A stretch of DNA of 64,000 nucleotides, taken from Candidatus Heimdallarchaeota archaeon (GTDB lineage Archaea > Asgardarchaeota > Heimdallarchaeia > JABLTI01). The notes below the pieces were generated by a model. The model saw only the letters and a program-made list of their open reading frames with translations, ran no database searches and was not told the origin of the DNA. Every line of letters begins with the position of its first letter. The stretch's first letter is position 1. This document shows, piece after piece, positions 19,365 to 29,275 of the stretch. Made by a program: the position numbers and the translations under genes. Location: the NCBI GenBank assembly GCA_019058275.1, contig JAHLVW010000059.1:1-64000 (forward strand), read 5' to 3'.

Positions 19365-19682
19365 GTGCGTATGATTATGTCAAATTGGGATACGTCAATT
19401 AGAAGATATACCGAAAAGGAAAAGGAAGATTATATTGAGATTTGTAATTGCTACAATCCGGAAAGAATTCTTAGATTTGATATTAACTCAAAGAAATATG
19501 TTGGTGTAAGCGGTTGCAAGAAAGAATTTCCATGTGCTAAATTACAAATCAACAAACACAAAGTTGTTGTGCATATGCGTAAAAGAAGGTTGCTAGATCC
19601 ATATTTTGCTTATAAGAAGAAAAATCCTAAGATTGAAAAAGATCCCAATGATCAAACCTTAGATAAGTTCTTTGCTAAATAG
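19365..19682 (+). CDS. Small basic Cys-containing hypothetical protein
   Basis: CNC...GC...PC; C-terminal QTLDKFF. Confidence 0.5.
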   Translation: MRMIMSNWDTSIRRYTEKEKEDYIEICNCYNPERILRFDINSKKYVGVSGCKKEFPCAKLQINKHKVVVHMRKRRLLDPYFAYKKKNPKIEKDPNDQTLDKFFAK

Positions 19683-19689
19683 TTGATTC

Positions 19690-21726
19690 TTAACTCTTTT
19701 CTACAATTAACGGTAAACAAAAATCAATGATGTATTCATGGTTGCAGTTATTGCAATTATAAATAGCTTTTGCTTTTTCACATTTTAATCCTGATTCTTT
19801 CTTAAGAGTTATAATATAATTACCATCGCAATTTTGACATTTTTCAGGTATTACTAGTGCAACCTTTTCATTGGATCCTATTTCAAACAGCTTGAAATTA
19901 AAACTGCTAATATCATAAAATTTCAATTCATTTAGTAGGTCTTCGAAATATTGCATGCCTTTTTTACTTCTAGTCTCAGCTAATTCTCTGCCGCTTTTTG
20001 TCATCATGCTTTTTGGTGCAGTTAATGTATAGGTCAATTCTCTGCTTAAGCTTCTTATTATTGCACTAATTAGATTTACTCCTCTCAAAGTTAGTTTTCT
20101 AAAGAAACTTGCAATCCCTAAAGGACCTAGTTTGTCAAGTCGATCAGCATCATGAACGATTTTACAATTTATATTACATTCCAATTTATCATTGTATAAT
20201 GCAGTAATTGTTGATTTAACAGCTTCAATTTCCTCACGAGAAAAATTTTCTCTTAGAAGAATTTTTTCAGCTTCTGTAGCAGAATGTTCTTCTTCAGCTA
20301 TTTCATCTTGATGATATTTGCCAAAAACAAATTTACCAGCATCATGCATTATCGCTGCAATTGTAGGTATAAGCGGATCTATGCCTTCCTGTATAGCTAA
20401 TTTGTAAGCAATTTTTCCTACTCGTTGGGAATGATCCCATAAGAAATTTGATGTAAATTGAGGTGAAGATTCATTGAATTCCTCCTCAGTTTTTTGTATT
20501 AATTTTTTAGCTTTTTCTAGAAATCTGGGAGCTCGTTGATCAATAAGTAAATCAAAATTATGTTTTGTATAAACCTTCTTCTCTAATTTCATACTTTGCT
20601 TTAAAGCTGATATTTTATTTGAAAATTCCTTTTGGGTTGTATGATTAACATACTTTGAAATTAGATAAGCATCTGAGAAAGAATGAAGCTCTAAAAAATT
20701 AATTCCTTTGGTATTCCAATATTTTGCTTCTTTTACAAAGACATCGATGCAATTGTTTACCAATTGAGAATGTAGTTTTTTCATTACACTATCATTTATG
20801 AGTGCTGTTGATGGAAATGATTCAATAATACCATACAGTAAAATTCCTGAATGAAAATACATGCAGGATTTTGATAATTCATCAAACAATCTCATTATTG
20901 TTTTCAAGTTTTTGGAAGATGGTGCTAAAAACAAGTTTTGTCGTACATGTTCAATTAATTTTACTAGTTCAGTTTCATTTTGTTTGCTTTCAAGAGTAAA
21001 TGATTTTGAAGAATCAAAATAACCATTAGTTAGATTTGAGTTGTTGGAATTTACTGCAGCTAAAGCTTTTCTATCATTAATGCTTGTAAACAAACTACTT
21101 GTGATTTTCTCATTTTTCTTTGAAATTACTGCAAACTTTATCTTTGAAACAGCTCTATGAAAGTCATCAGCTCTACTTCTTTTTGTATGGATTAATAATT
21201 GAGAATGAATAAGCAAATCGTGCTTATTAAAAGCAAATACAAGAGGTTCTATTTTACCTGAGGAGAAATATGGTACAACAATAGAGTTTTCCTCTAAAAA
21301 TCCAAGTAGCTCCTCTAATAATTTTGCATTTAGTAAAGGCATGTCAACAGGTGTTACTATTACCTTATTGTTTGATATATGGTCTAATGCAGAAGCGATC
21401 CCAAGAGTGGGACCTGAACAGAAGTATCTATGATTGTCTTTTCTAATCTTGATTTTTCGTTTTACTTCATCAGATAAGGTATCTATCATTTTAGTATAAA
21501 GATGGAATCTACTACTATCATTTACCATTATAATTATTTCATCACAAATTTCTTTCAATGTATTAATTGTCTTAAGAAGAAAAGGTTTACCTGTGTTATC
21601 ATTAACGAGTGCCTTATCTTGCCAAGGTTCATTCTTAACTTGGAAGCGATTACTATATCCACCAGAAAGAATTAAGCCAGTAACAGCATTTGGAGATGGT
21701 TTTTGGTGGATCATTTTGTTCATCAT
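19690..21726 (-). CDS. MobA-like NTP transferase fused to HD hydrolase and Zn-binding tail
   Basis: LILSGGYSNRF...DKAL, GPTLGI, PVDMP; then DHSQRV, MHDAGK, HDADRLD; CQNC...C...CNNC. Confidence 0.8.
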   Translation of the reverse strand: MMNKMIHQKPSPNAVTGLILSGGYSNRFQVKNEPWQDKALVNDNTGKPFLLKTINTLKEICDEIIIMVNDSSRFHLYTKMIDTLSDEVKRKIKIRKDNHRYFCSGPTLGIASALDHISNNKVIVTPVDMPLLNAKLLEELLGFLEENSIVVPYFSSGKIEPLVFAFNKHDLLIHSQLLIHTKRSRADDFHRAVSKIKFAVISKKNEKITSSLFTSINDRKALAAVNSNNSNLTNGYFDSSKSFTLESKQNETELVKLIEHVRQNLFLAPSSKNLKTIMRLFDELSKSCMYFHSGILLYGIIESFPSTALINDSVMKKLHSQLVNNCIDVFVKEAKYWNTKGINFLELHSFSDAYLISKYVNHTTQKEFSNKISALKQSMKLEKKVYTKHNFDLLIDQRAPRFLEKAKKLIQKTEEEFNESSPQFTSNFLWDHSQRVGKIAYKLAIQEGIDPLIPTIAAIMHDAGKFVFGKYHQDEIAEEEHSATEAEKILLRENFSREEIEAVKSTITALYNDKLECNINCKIVHDADRLDKLGPLGIASFFRKLTLRGVNLISAIIRSLSRELTYTLTAPKSMMTKSGRELAETRSKKGMQYFEDLLNELKFYDISSFNFKLFEIGSNEKVALVIPEKCQNCDGNYIITLKKESGLKCEKAKAIYNCNNCNHEYIIDFCLPLIVEKS

Positions 21727-21801
21727 TCAATATTGAGGTACAATTACTACAAATTTTTTTTGTTAAAAATGAAGAAAAAAGAATTAAAGAAAGTATGATT
21801 T

Positions 21802-23085
21802 TTACCTTCTTCTTCTCCTCTCACTTCTTGAACGTGTTTTTGGAGGTTTCTTCTTGAGCTCATCTGAAATGCTTTTCATGTCGACTTCTTTTTCTTCTAC
21901 CGCTTCTTCTTCCTCGACATCTTCTTCATATACTTCGTCTTCAGCATAGTAAGCTTCTTCTATTTCTTTATCCACTTTCCTTCTGCTATCATCACGATCA
22001 CGCATTTTAATAATTGTTTCAGAGACTTCTACTCTTTTGGCTTCACGACCAACAGTATAGAAGATAGATCCAACAACCAATAGAATGAAGAATACTGCAA
22101 ATATTGAAATTGCAAATAAACCGAAGTTTGCTATAGGATTGTCTGCTTGGACTTCAGGTGTTTCAAGAAGTAGCCAAGCGATTATATTTTTCCATAATAA
22201 AGCATTATCATAGACTTCAAACCAAGCGAGTGCGCCATCTTCTGTGATGTTCATATCACTAAACATAATTGCTGAGCCACAAGATATCCCACGACCATTG
22301 TATTTCTCGTCAGCTAGTAGAATCGAGTGTTCAAAAACAGAGCCTTGATTTATTTCTCCATCTACATTAAGTTCATAGGTTGTTAGTGAAGTGTTTATTA
22401 CTGCTTTAGCATGAATAGTACTTCCATAGGTAGCATAAGTTAATAATTCCTTGACTGGTTCTGCACCATTATAACCTTCAATTATTTCATGATCATTTGC
22501 TAAAGTGTTATTATCAATGTAGATATAACGTTCATCGTCATATCTGTAGCTAAAATCGTTAAAGAGAACAGTATTGGAACGGAATAATTCCAAGCTACCA
22601 TAGGTACCTTCAGCTGGTTCATATTGATCTCCCATCATATTGTTGAGCTGAACAATATTGCTTGAATAATTTCTCATTTCATCTTCAAAGAAGAAAGGAT
22701 TTGCTAAGTATAATACTGAGCCACCATCTTGGTAAAACTCAACCATTGCTCTTCGTTCTGTACTGGTAAATGAGAGTTCTGTGTAGTAAAATGGAGCCAT
22801 TAAAATAACAAGATCAGCTCCTCTTAAACTAGTTAAAGTAATAGGATCATAGTTAATGTGAACTGTTGCATTAAACTCATTTTCGATTAATTCAATTGCT
22901 GATTGCATATGAGTGTGATTAAACCTTTGCTCGTGTGCAACATCAAAAATTATCAGTGGCTTACTTCCTTTAAAGCCATTGCTTTCTATAATATTGTTTG
23001 TACTTAGATTGAATTGGAACAATATTGAGAAACTCATTATAAGTATCAATAATGTGACATATTTCTTTGATTTCATAGCGATCAA
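21802..23085 (-). CDS. Membrane-anchored surface protein with GldG/IFT52 (GIFT)-like domain and charged cytoplasmic tail
   Basis: Signal peptide; IIFDVAHEQRF...ITLTSLRGADLVILMAP...FTSTERRAMVEFYQDGGSVL; C-terminal TM helix; acidic then Arg-rich tail. Confidence 0.6.
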   Translation of the reverse strand: MIAMKSKKYVTLLILIMSFSILFQFNLSTNNIIESNGFKGSKPLIIFDVAHEQRFNHTHMQSAIELIENEFNATVHINYDPITLTSLRGADLVILMAPFYYTELSFTSTERRAMVEFYQDGGSVLYLANPFFFEDEMRNYSSNIVQLNNMMGDQYEPAEGTYGSLELFRSNTVLFNDFSYRYDDERYIYIDNNTLANDHEIIEGYNGAEPVKELLTYATYGSTIHAKAVINTSLTTYELNVDGEINQGSVFEHSILLADEKYNGRGISCGSAIMFSDMNITEDGALAWFEVYDNALLWKNIIAWLLLETPEVQADNPIANFGLFAISIFAVFFILLVVGSIFYTVGREAKRVEVSETIIKMRDRDDSRRKVDKEIEEAYYAEDEVYEEDVEEEEAVEEKEVDMKSISDELKKKPPKTRSRSERRRRR

Positions 23086-23328
23086 CCATAATTAATCATT
23101 AGAGTTTTACTGATGACATTTCGACATTTATTAATTATATAACTTTTTTTACTCATTGCAAATAATGTCATTACTAAAGTATAGTTCCTTTTTTCTATAA
23201 TTCTTAAAACTTTCTTGGTATCGGAAATAATAGATTTAAGAAAAATCCTTACATAAATAGGTTGTTTATTCAATATTTGAGAGGAACATAAAAATTAAAT
23301 GTTGTAATAAAATGATTTAGAGAAAAAA

Positions 23329-23895
23329 GTGATGATAATGGCAACAGTTATTTTTGCAGTAACAGGAACTCAAGGTTCTGGTAAAACAGTTTTTACAGAA
23401 ATAGCAAAGAAACAATATAAAATCCCTACATTCCGATTAGGAGATGTTATAGTTGAAGAATGTAAAAATAGAGAGTTAGAAGTTAATGGTAGAAACATGG
23501 CAAAAATGGCTATTGTACTACGATATGAAGGCGGAGACCAAGCAATCGCAAGAAAAGCTTTACCTGCGATAAAAGATCTACTAAAAGACAAACCCAAGAT
23601 GATCCTAATTGATGGAATCAGATCTTATACTGAATTATCTTTTTTCCGTGCAGAATTGGGAGATGTAAAGCTAGTAGCAATAATATCCTCACTAAATGTC
23701 CGCAAGGAACGAGTAGAAGCAAGAAAAAGAATTGATCATGAGTCCAAGGGTGATTTTGAGGAAAGAGAACAAAGAGAGTTGGGATTTGGATTAGGTGATG
23801 TTATTACAAAAGCTGATTACTACATTCTAAATGAGAATATCTCTAAAAGACAATTCATTAGACAAATAGAAAATTTACTTGCAAAAATAAAATGA
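23329..23895 (+). CDS. Archaeal NMP/dephospho-CoA kinase-like P-loop protein (UPF0200)
   Basis: GTQGSGKT, IDGIRS, RELGFGLGDVI. Confidence 0.8.
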   Translation: MMIMATVIFAVTGTQGSGKTVFTEIAKKQYKIPTFRLGDVIVEECKNRELEVNGRNMAKMAIVLRYEGGDQAIARKALPAIKDLLKDKPKMILIDGIRSYTELSFFRAELGDVKLVAIISSLNVRKERVEARKRIDHESKGDFEEREQRELGFGLGDVITKADYYILNENISKRQFIRQIENLLAKIK

Positions 23896-24013
23896 TTGAT
23901 TCAGATACTATTGAGCTTATGATTAATGGAAATTAAAAGAAGTGAAATTAGCTGAATAAACCTATGCATAACAAAAAGAGTTTTGCTATCCAGCATAAGT
24001 AAATAATGAGAAA

Positions 24014-24169
24014 TTACCAGCTATGTTTTCGTATTTTTGCAGTAGCACCAAAGCCACAGCTAGCACAAATGGATTTCTTCATGTTATATGAATTTTTACC
24101 ACATCTTCTACAGCGCATGTGAGTTGGTGTTCGGTTTTTCTTTCCTTTGCTGGGAGTACCTTTACCCAT
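24014..24169 (-). CDS. rpl37e: 50S ribosomal protein L37e
   Basis: Not in the track; [51 protein letters not shown]; lies downstream of the Sm gene as is typical in archaea. Confidence 0.97.
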   Translation of the reverse strand: MGKGTPSKGKKNRTPTHMRCRRCGKNSYNMKKSICASCGFGATAKIRKHSW

Positions 24170-24205
24170 AATGTATCACCTTTTAGTGTAAGTTTCCTGT
24201 TGGTT

Positions 24206-24469
24206 TTACTTTTTATTGGCTTTAGGTGGTGGACTAATAATAATGACATTATCGCCACGTAAGATGATTGTTCCTAAAGAATTATTATCTCCATCGTCAA
24301 TAATCTCTTCAGCATCGTCTAATGTTAAATTGAGGTGTGCGTCATAATTCTTTAGCTTTCCTCTTAATTGCCTACCACCTTTCAATTTCACTAATACGAT
24401 ATCGTTGAGAGACATTGAAAGTAAATCCATTGGTCGATCTTTGTTCAATCGTTTCTCTTGTTTGCTCAT
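24206..24469 (-). CDS. Sm-like archaeal protein (SmAP1/Lsm)
   Basis: RPMDLL...GKLKNYDAHLNLTL...IILRGDNVIIISP. Confidence 0.95.
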   Translation of the reverse strand: MSKQEKRLNKDRPMDLLSMSLNDIVLVKLKGGRQLRGKLKNYDAHLNLTLDDAEEIIDDGDNNSLGTIILRGDNVIIISPPPKANKK

Positions 24470-24669
24470 TTTGATTAATCTCCAAGCATATAAATATGAA
24501 ACAATCTATATTCTTTTTGCGATTCATAGCTTTTTAAATTCTTTCTTTATTATTATTGTCTGTACAAACTTAGATTGCCTTTAAAGCTTTGGGATAATTG
24601 ATAGTGAGCGAAAAAATAAAAAGTTGCTGATAGTGATTAACTAATAATGTACAAGGAGCAGTTTATTTA

Positions 24670-25155
24670 ATGGAAATTATACGTAGACATACTTTAAGAA
24701 AGAGTGATTTCAGAGAACTTAAAGAAAAACTTGGAAGAACAGTTGGTAATTCAGCTGATACTTTGTTTGTTAAAGGTGCAGAATTAATTATTACCGATCA
24801 AGGAGAACTTTATGCTGAGAACAGAATTATTTTAGCATTTAAGTTAGATAATGAAGTTTTTCCAAGTTTACGAGCTTTAAACAATGATTTAGCTAAATTA
24901 CCTACAATTACAGTTGATATGGGAGCAGTTCCATATGTAACAAATGGTGCAGATGTAATGGCTCCTGGAATAACTAAAGTAACAAATGGATTACCTAAAG
25001 GAACTATTGTAACAATTATCGATGAAAATTATGGGAAGGCATTAGCTATTGGAAGATTGTTATTTGATAGTGAGGAAATTGCTGAATCTAAAAAGGGCAA
25101 AGTAATCAAAAACTTACATTATGTTAATGACTTCATCTGGTCTTTGAAGTTGTAA
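24670..25155 (+). CDS. PUA-domain RNA-binding protein (MCT-1/Tma20-like)
   Basis: VDMGAVPYVTNGADVMAPGI; KGKVIKNLHYVND. Confidence 0.9.
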   Translation: MEIIRRHTLRKSDFRELKEKLGRTVGNSADTLFVKGAELIITDQGELYAENRIILAFKLDNEVFPSLRALNNDLAKLPTITVDMGAVPYVTNGADVMAPGITKVTNGLPKGTIVTIIDENYGKALAIGRLLFDSEEIAESKKGKVIKNLHYVNDFIWSLKL

Positions 25156-25187
25156 ATGAATTTTTCTAAAAAAGCTGGCTGATTAAA

Positions 25188-25967
25188 TTGGGAAATTCAA
25201 GCTACAAAATATACAATTCAAATGAAAAGCAAGGATGGTTTATCAGTAAAAATCATGATGATTACTTCTATTCAAAGTATCTTGATGCAAGGAAAGACAA
25301 TTATATTGAACCATGGAAGGATGATAAAATACATTATCACACTATTTCCCAAGAAATATTCTTAGTGCTTGAGGGAGAAGTAACTCTTTTAATCGGTAAA
25401 AAATTATTCACATTGCAAAGAAGAAATCTCTTGATTGTGAATCCAAAGGTTTCACATGCTGTATTAGATGGTAAGGGAAAAATTCAATATTATAATATGA
25501 AAATACCACAAGATGATGATAAAAGGATAGTACTTCAAGAAGGAATTCAAAGTGATAAAATCATCAATAATACTAAATATGGGAAATTAGACAGTAACGA
25601 AGGATTCTTCGCTGATTTAACATTACCTGAAAATCAAAATTGTTGGCTAATAGGTTATGGAGTAGCTAAGTATTACTCAATAGAGTTTAGTATGGCTTAT
25701 ATAAATTTCAAATCAGAATCTGATTTCAAAGAAGTTAAACATCCAAATAATTTACACTATCATTCTAGCAATGAAGAATGGTATTTTACTTTTAATGGTT
25801 CACAGGAACTAATGATTGGAAAGGAAAAGGTTGAGGTTCCAGAAGATTTCTTACTAAAAGTAGAGATGAATACTTCTCATAAAATAATAAAAAGAAAATA
25901 TCCCTTCGAAGGCATCACTTTACGAACTCCTAATATTAGAGGTGATAAAGTAAGTCTTGAAGGATAA
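25188..25967 (+). CDS. Bicupin protein
   Basis: Two cupin motifs: HYHTISQEIF...H and HYHSSNEEWY...H. Confidence 0.8.
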   Translation: MGNSSYKIYNSNEKQGWFISKNHDDYFYSKYLDARKDNYIEPWKDDKIHYHTISQEIFLVLEGEVTLLIGKKLFTLQRRNLLIVNPKVSHAVLDGKGKIQYYNMKIPQDDDKRIVLQEGIQSDKIINNTKYGKLDSNEGFFADLTLPENQNCWLIGYGVAKYYSIEFSMAYINFKSESDFKEVKHPNNLHYHSSNEEWYFTFNGSQELMIGKEKVEVPEDFLLKVEMNTSHKIIKRKYPFEGITLRTPNIRGDKVSLEG

Positions 25968-25972
25968 TCTAT

Positions 25973-27886
25973 CTAAACTAGTCTAATCGTCTCGAGAACA
26001 TCCGGTGCTTTTGTTTCTATTTTTAGCATTTTATGTAAAGTGGATGCTAATGAAATACACTTTGATTTCTCTCCATGTATTAAGAAAAGCTTCTCTGGTC
26101 TAGGTGTGGCCTTTCTAGCATAATTTAACAATTCTTTACGATCACTGTGTCCTGAAAAACCAATGACGGTATGGACTTCCATTTCAATTTTTAGCATTCG
26201 TGCATGTCCTTTTTCCATTAAACTAATTTCATTAACGTTTTTCTGAACTTTTCTACCTAGTGAACCTTCACCTTGGTATGAAACAAAAACAATAGAGGTT
26301 TTGGGGTCGTCTGATAATTTTTCAAAATACTCAACAGATGGACCACCAGTCAACATACCACTAGTAGCCATAATTATACAAGGATCACCAAGTATTATCT
26401 GTGCTCGTTCATCTCTACTTTCAACCTTATGGAAACATTCTGCAAGGAATGGATTTTGTCCTATATGGAAGATCTTTTCTCTTAATCTTCTGCTGAGATA
26501 CTCTGGATGACAAGTTGTGACAGCAGTTGCTTCAGAAATCATACCATCAAGATAAATTGGCACTTTTGGAATAAGATCCTTAGACATTAGTGATTCTAAA
26601 ACGATCTGTAGTTCTTGTGCACGACCAACTGCTAATACTGGAATCAAAACCTTTCCACCACGATTCAGGGTTTCAACGACAATATTTCTCAATTGATTTT
26701 CTGCGTCTTTATTTGTAGGCATGACGTCTTGAGGATTACCATAAGTCGATTCCATAAAGAGTGCTTCTAATCTTGGAAACCTAGACATAGCAGAATCCAA
26801 TAGGTTAGTTTGTCTATATTTGAAATCTTGTGCTATTGCTAAGTTATAGAGACCATTACCGATATGCAAATGTACAATTCCAGATCCAAGAATGTGACCT
26901 GCATTGTGCAGTGTTAGTCTGACATCTGGTGAAATATCTGTTACTTCACCATAGCTTAAAGGTATCGTATGTAAGACCAAGGCTCTAACATCTTTAGAGC
27001 TATATGGTAGCATCTTACCTTCTTTTTTCGCTACATCTAAATAATCAATTTGTAAAAGGGTCATCAAATTACTAGTAGCTTTTGTTGTATAAACAGGACC
27101 CTCGTAACCATATTTGTATAAATAAGGCAAAAAGCCACAATGATCTAAATGAGCATGAGTAATTATTACTGCATCTAATTTCTCTATTGAAAATTCCATC
27201 ACATCGAGTCGTGGAAACATATCTTTTGTTGTATTTCTGCCAACATTTACTCCACAATCGACTAATATATTACTTTCAGGTGTTCGAATAAGAGTGGAAC
27301 TTCGACCGACCTCCCTATATCCACCAAGTGCAGTGAATCTAACCCAATCAGTTGGGAACATTTGTTTTCTATGAATTCTTCGACCAACCTTTCTTAGAAT
27401 TTTCTTGCGTTCTTCACTATTTTTGAATAATATATTCCTAACTGTTTTAATGATTCGTGACTCCAAAGGTGGAGTCCTTGAAACATTTGGTCTCCAGAAA
27501 GTTTCTGAGGTAATCTTCCTTAAAGTGGCACCATTCTTTCCGATAACCAAACCAGGTTTTACTGCTTCAATGAGTATTTCACCTATATTTGGATCAAATT
27601 GTATTTTTGAAATTTCAGCTTCATTTGGAACCAATTCTCGTACAGTAGCTTCAGCTTTTGTTTCAGGATTTCTCACACTTGGATCGGAGCGAATAACTAT
27701 TCTTTTTCGTAAATCTTTTGCTAATGTTTTAACTAAATCTCCGTTATCAACTAAAATTTGGGGATTACGTGAATAAACTGCTACTTCAGGTCCTTCAAAT
27801 TCTATTTCTGTAATATCTGCAGAAGGAGGTGTTTTTGCTAAAATCGCTGTTTTTATTTCGTTTAGTGTTTCTTGACTAATTAACAT
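25973..27886 (-). CDS. fttA: aCPSF1/FttA beta-CASP ribonuclease with KH domains
   Basis: KPGLVIGKNG KH motif, THAHLDH, NAGHILGS, GFSGHSD. Confidence 0.96.
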   Translation of the reverse strand: MLISQETLNEIKTAILAKTPPSADITEIEFEGPEVAVYSRNPQILVDNGDLVKTLAKDLRKRIVIRSDPSVRNPETKAEATVRELVPNEAEISKIQFDPNIGEILIEAVKPGLVIGKNGATLRKITSETFWRPNVSRTPPLESRIIKTVRNILFKNSEERKKILRKVGRRIHRKQMFPTDWVRFTALGGYREVGRSSTLIRTPESNILVDCGVNVGRNTTKDMFPRLDVMEFSIEKLDAVIITHAHLDHCGFLPYLYKYGYEGPVYTTKATSNLMTLLQIDYLDVAKKEGKMLPYSSKDVRALVLHTIPLSYGEVTDISPDVRLTLHNAGHILGSGIVHLHIGNGLYNLAIAQDFKYRQTNLLDSAMSRFPRLEALFMESTYGNPQDVMPTNKDAENQLRNIVVETLNRGGKVLIPVLAVGRAQELQIVLESLMSKDLIPKVPIYLDGMISEATAVTTCHPEYLSRRLREKIFHIGQNPFLAECFHKVESRDERAQIILGDPCIIMATSGMLTGGPSVEYFEKLSDDPKTSIVFVSYQGEGSLGRKVQKNVNEISLMEKGHARMLKIEMEVHTVIGFSGHSDRKELLNYARKATPRPEKLFLIHGEKSKCISLASTLHKMLKIETKAPDVLETIRLV

Positions 27887-28309
27887 TATATCAAACTCTC
27901 TCAAAATTTCTGAGTTTTTTTTATTTTATTATACAAATATGATTGGTTGATTTTTTCCTAAAATTCAAGTTTTCTTGGCAATCTTAGTTTCGAATTTGAA
28001 TTTTATTACTCGATAAGGAATAAGGAAATTCCATACAAAATCTTGGTTCCTTACCAGTCGTTGTGATGATGGCACTAATGCCAAAGAACTCCTTGTCTTA
28101 TGTTGAAATTTTTTAATATTTAAAACTATTCGTAAGGAATATTTTTTTGAAACATAAAAACCCCTTTGTTTTAATGTATCATACTTAATTTTGTAGAATT
28201 CTGTTTTTTCTAGATTGAATTTTGGCAAGTTAATACTAAATAATGAAAAAGCTATTAAAAGAAGAAAAAATTGGAGGAACAACCGAATTACACTTTTGGT
28301 GAGCTTTTG

Positions 28310-29224
28310 ATGTCAAATAAAAGAAAAATTGTAGAGTCAGTTCCTAATTATAGTGAAGGAACTGATGGGAAAGTTGTAGAAGCTATTGTTGATGAAATAC
28401 GACAAACTCCAAAAACTAGAATTGTAGATATACAATATGATTCTGATTATAACCGAGCAGTGATAACTTTCGTTGGAGAACCAGAAGCTGTTCTACAAGC
28501 CAATATTGTTGCTTCTAAAAAAGCACTTGAATTAATTGATATAACGAAGCATAAAGGACAACATCCTCGAATTGGTGCAACTGATGTCGTACCATTCATT
28601 CCAGCACAAAATGTGACAATGGAAGAATGTGATGCATTAGCGAAAAGATATGCTAAAGCAATGGCAGATCTTGGTGTTCCTATTTACCTTTATGAGGAAT
28701 CAGCTACAAAACTTGAAAGAAAAAATATTGATAATATACGTGTTGGCGATTACGAGGGATTGAGAAAGACCATAGAAACAAATCCAGATCATAAACCAGA
28801 TTTTGGACCAGCAAAATTTCATCCTAAAGGAGGAGCAACTGTTACAGGAGCAAGAATGCCATTAGTTTGTTTGAATATTAATCTTGGAACAACTAATGTT
28901 AAAATTGCTAAAAGAGTTGCTAGAAGAGTTCATCTAACCTCGGGCGGGCTGGTAAACATTAAAGCAATGGGAACTGCTATAGAAGGAAAAGATTACGTGC
29001 AAATTGGCATTAGTAATGTCAACTATAAGAAAACACCAATGTATAGGCAACTTGAACTTGTTAGAATTGAAGCAGCAAGATATGGTGTTCCAGTTGTAGG
29101 AACAGAACTAGTTGGCCCCATTCCTTTAGAATCTGCTTTGAATTCTTTGGAATATTACTTGCAACTAGTAAATCCAAAGCATTTGAAAGAAGAAAATCTA
29201 ATAGAACACTATTTTGATTTCTAA
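28310..29224 (+). CDS. ftcD: Glutamate formimidoyltransferase (no cyclodeaminase domain)
   Basis: ESVPNYSEG, HPRIGATDVVPF, GATVTGARMPL. Confidence 0.93.
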   Translation: MSNKRKIVESVPNYSEGTDGKVVEAIVDEIRQTPKTRIVDIQYDSDYNRAVITFVGEPEAVLQANIVASKKALELIDITKHKGQHPRIGATDVVPFIPAQNVTMEECDALAKRYAKAMADLGVPIYLYEESATKLERKNIDNIRVGDYEGLRKTIETNPDHKPDFGPAKFHPKGGATVTGARMPLVCLNINLGTTNVKIAKRVARRVHLTSGGLVNIKAMGTAIEGKDYVQIGISNVNYKKTPMYRQLELVRIEAARYGVPVVGTELVGPIPLESALNSLEYYLQLVNPKHLKEENLIEHYFDF

Positions 29225-29233
29225 ATTTTTAAA

Positions 29234-29260
29234 TTGTGAGTGATGAATATACACTCGCAA
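29234..29260. terminator. Hairpin between convergent ftcD and hutI
   Basis: TTGTGAGTG-N9-CACTCGCAA with T-rich flanks. Confidence 0.4.
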
Positions 29261-29275
29261 AAAGCTTTATTTTTC

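Noticed and set aside
23915-23960. Possible C/D-box sRNA (ATGATTA...CTGA)
   Set aside because: Imperfect C box, no clear C'/D' boxes or terminal stem; expected by chance in AT-rich DNA.
27965-28282. 105-aa minus-strand ORF
   Set aside because: Low-complexity F/K/L-rich translation across an AT-rich divergent promoter; likely spurious.
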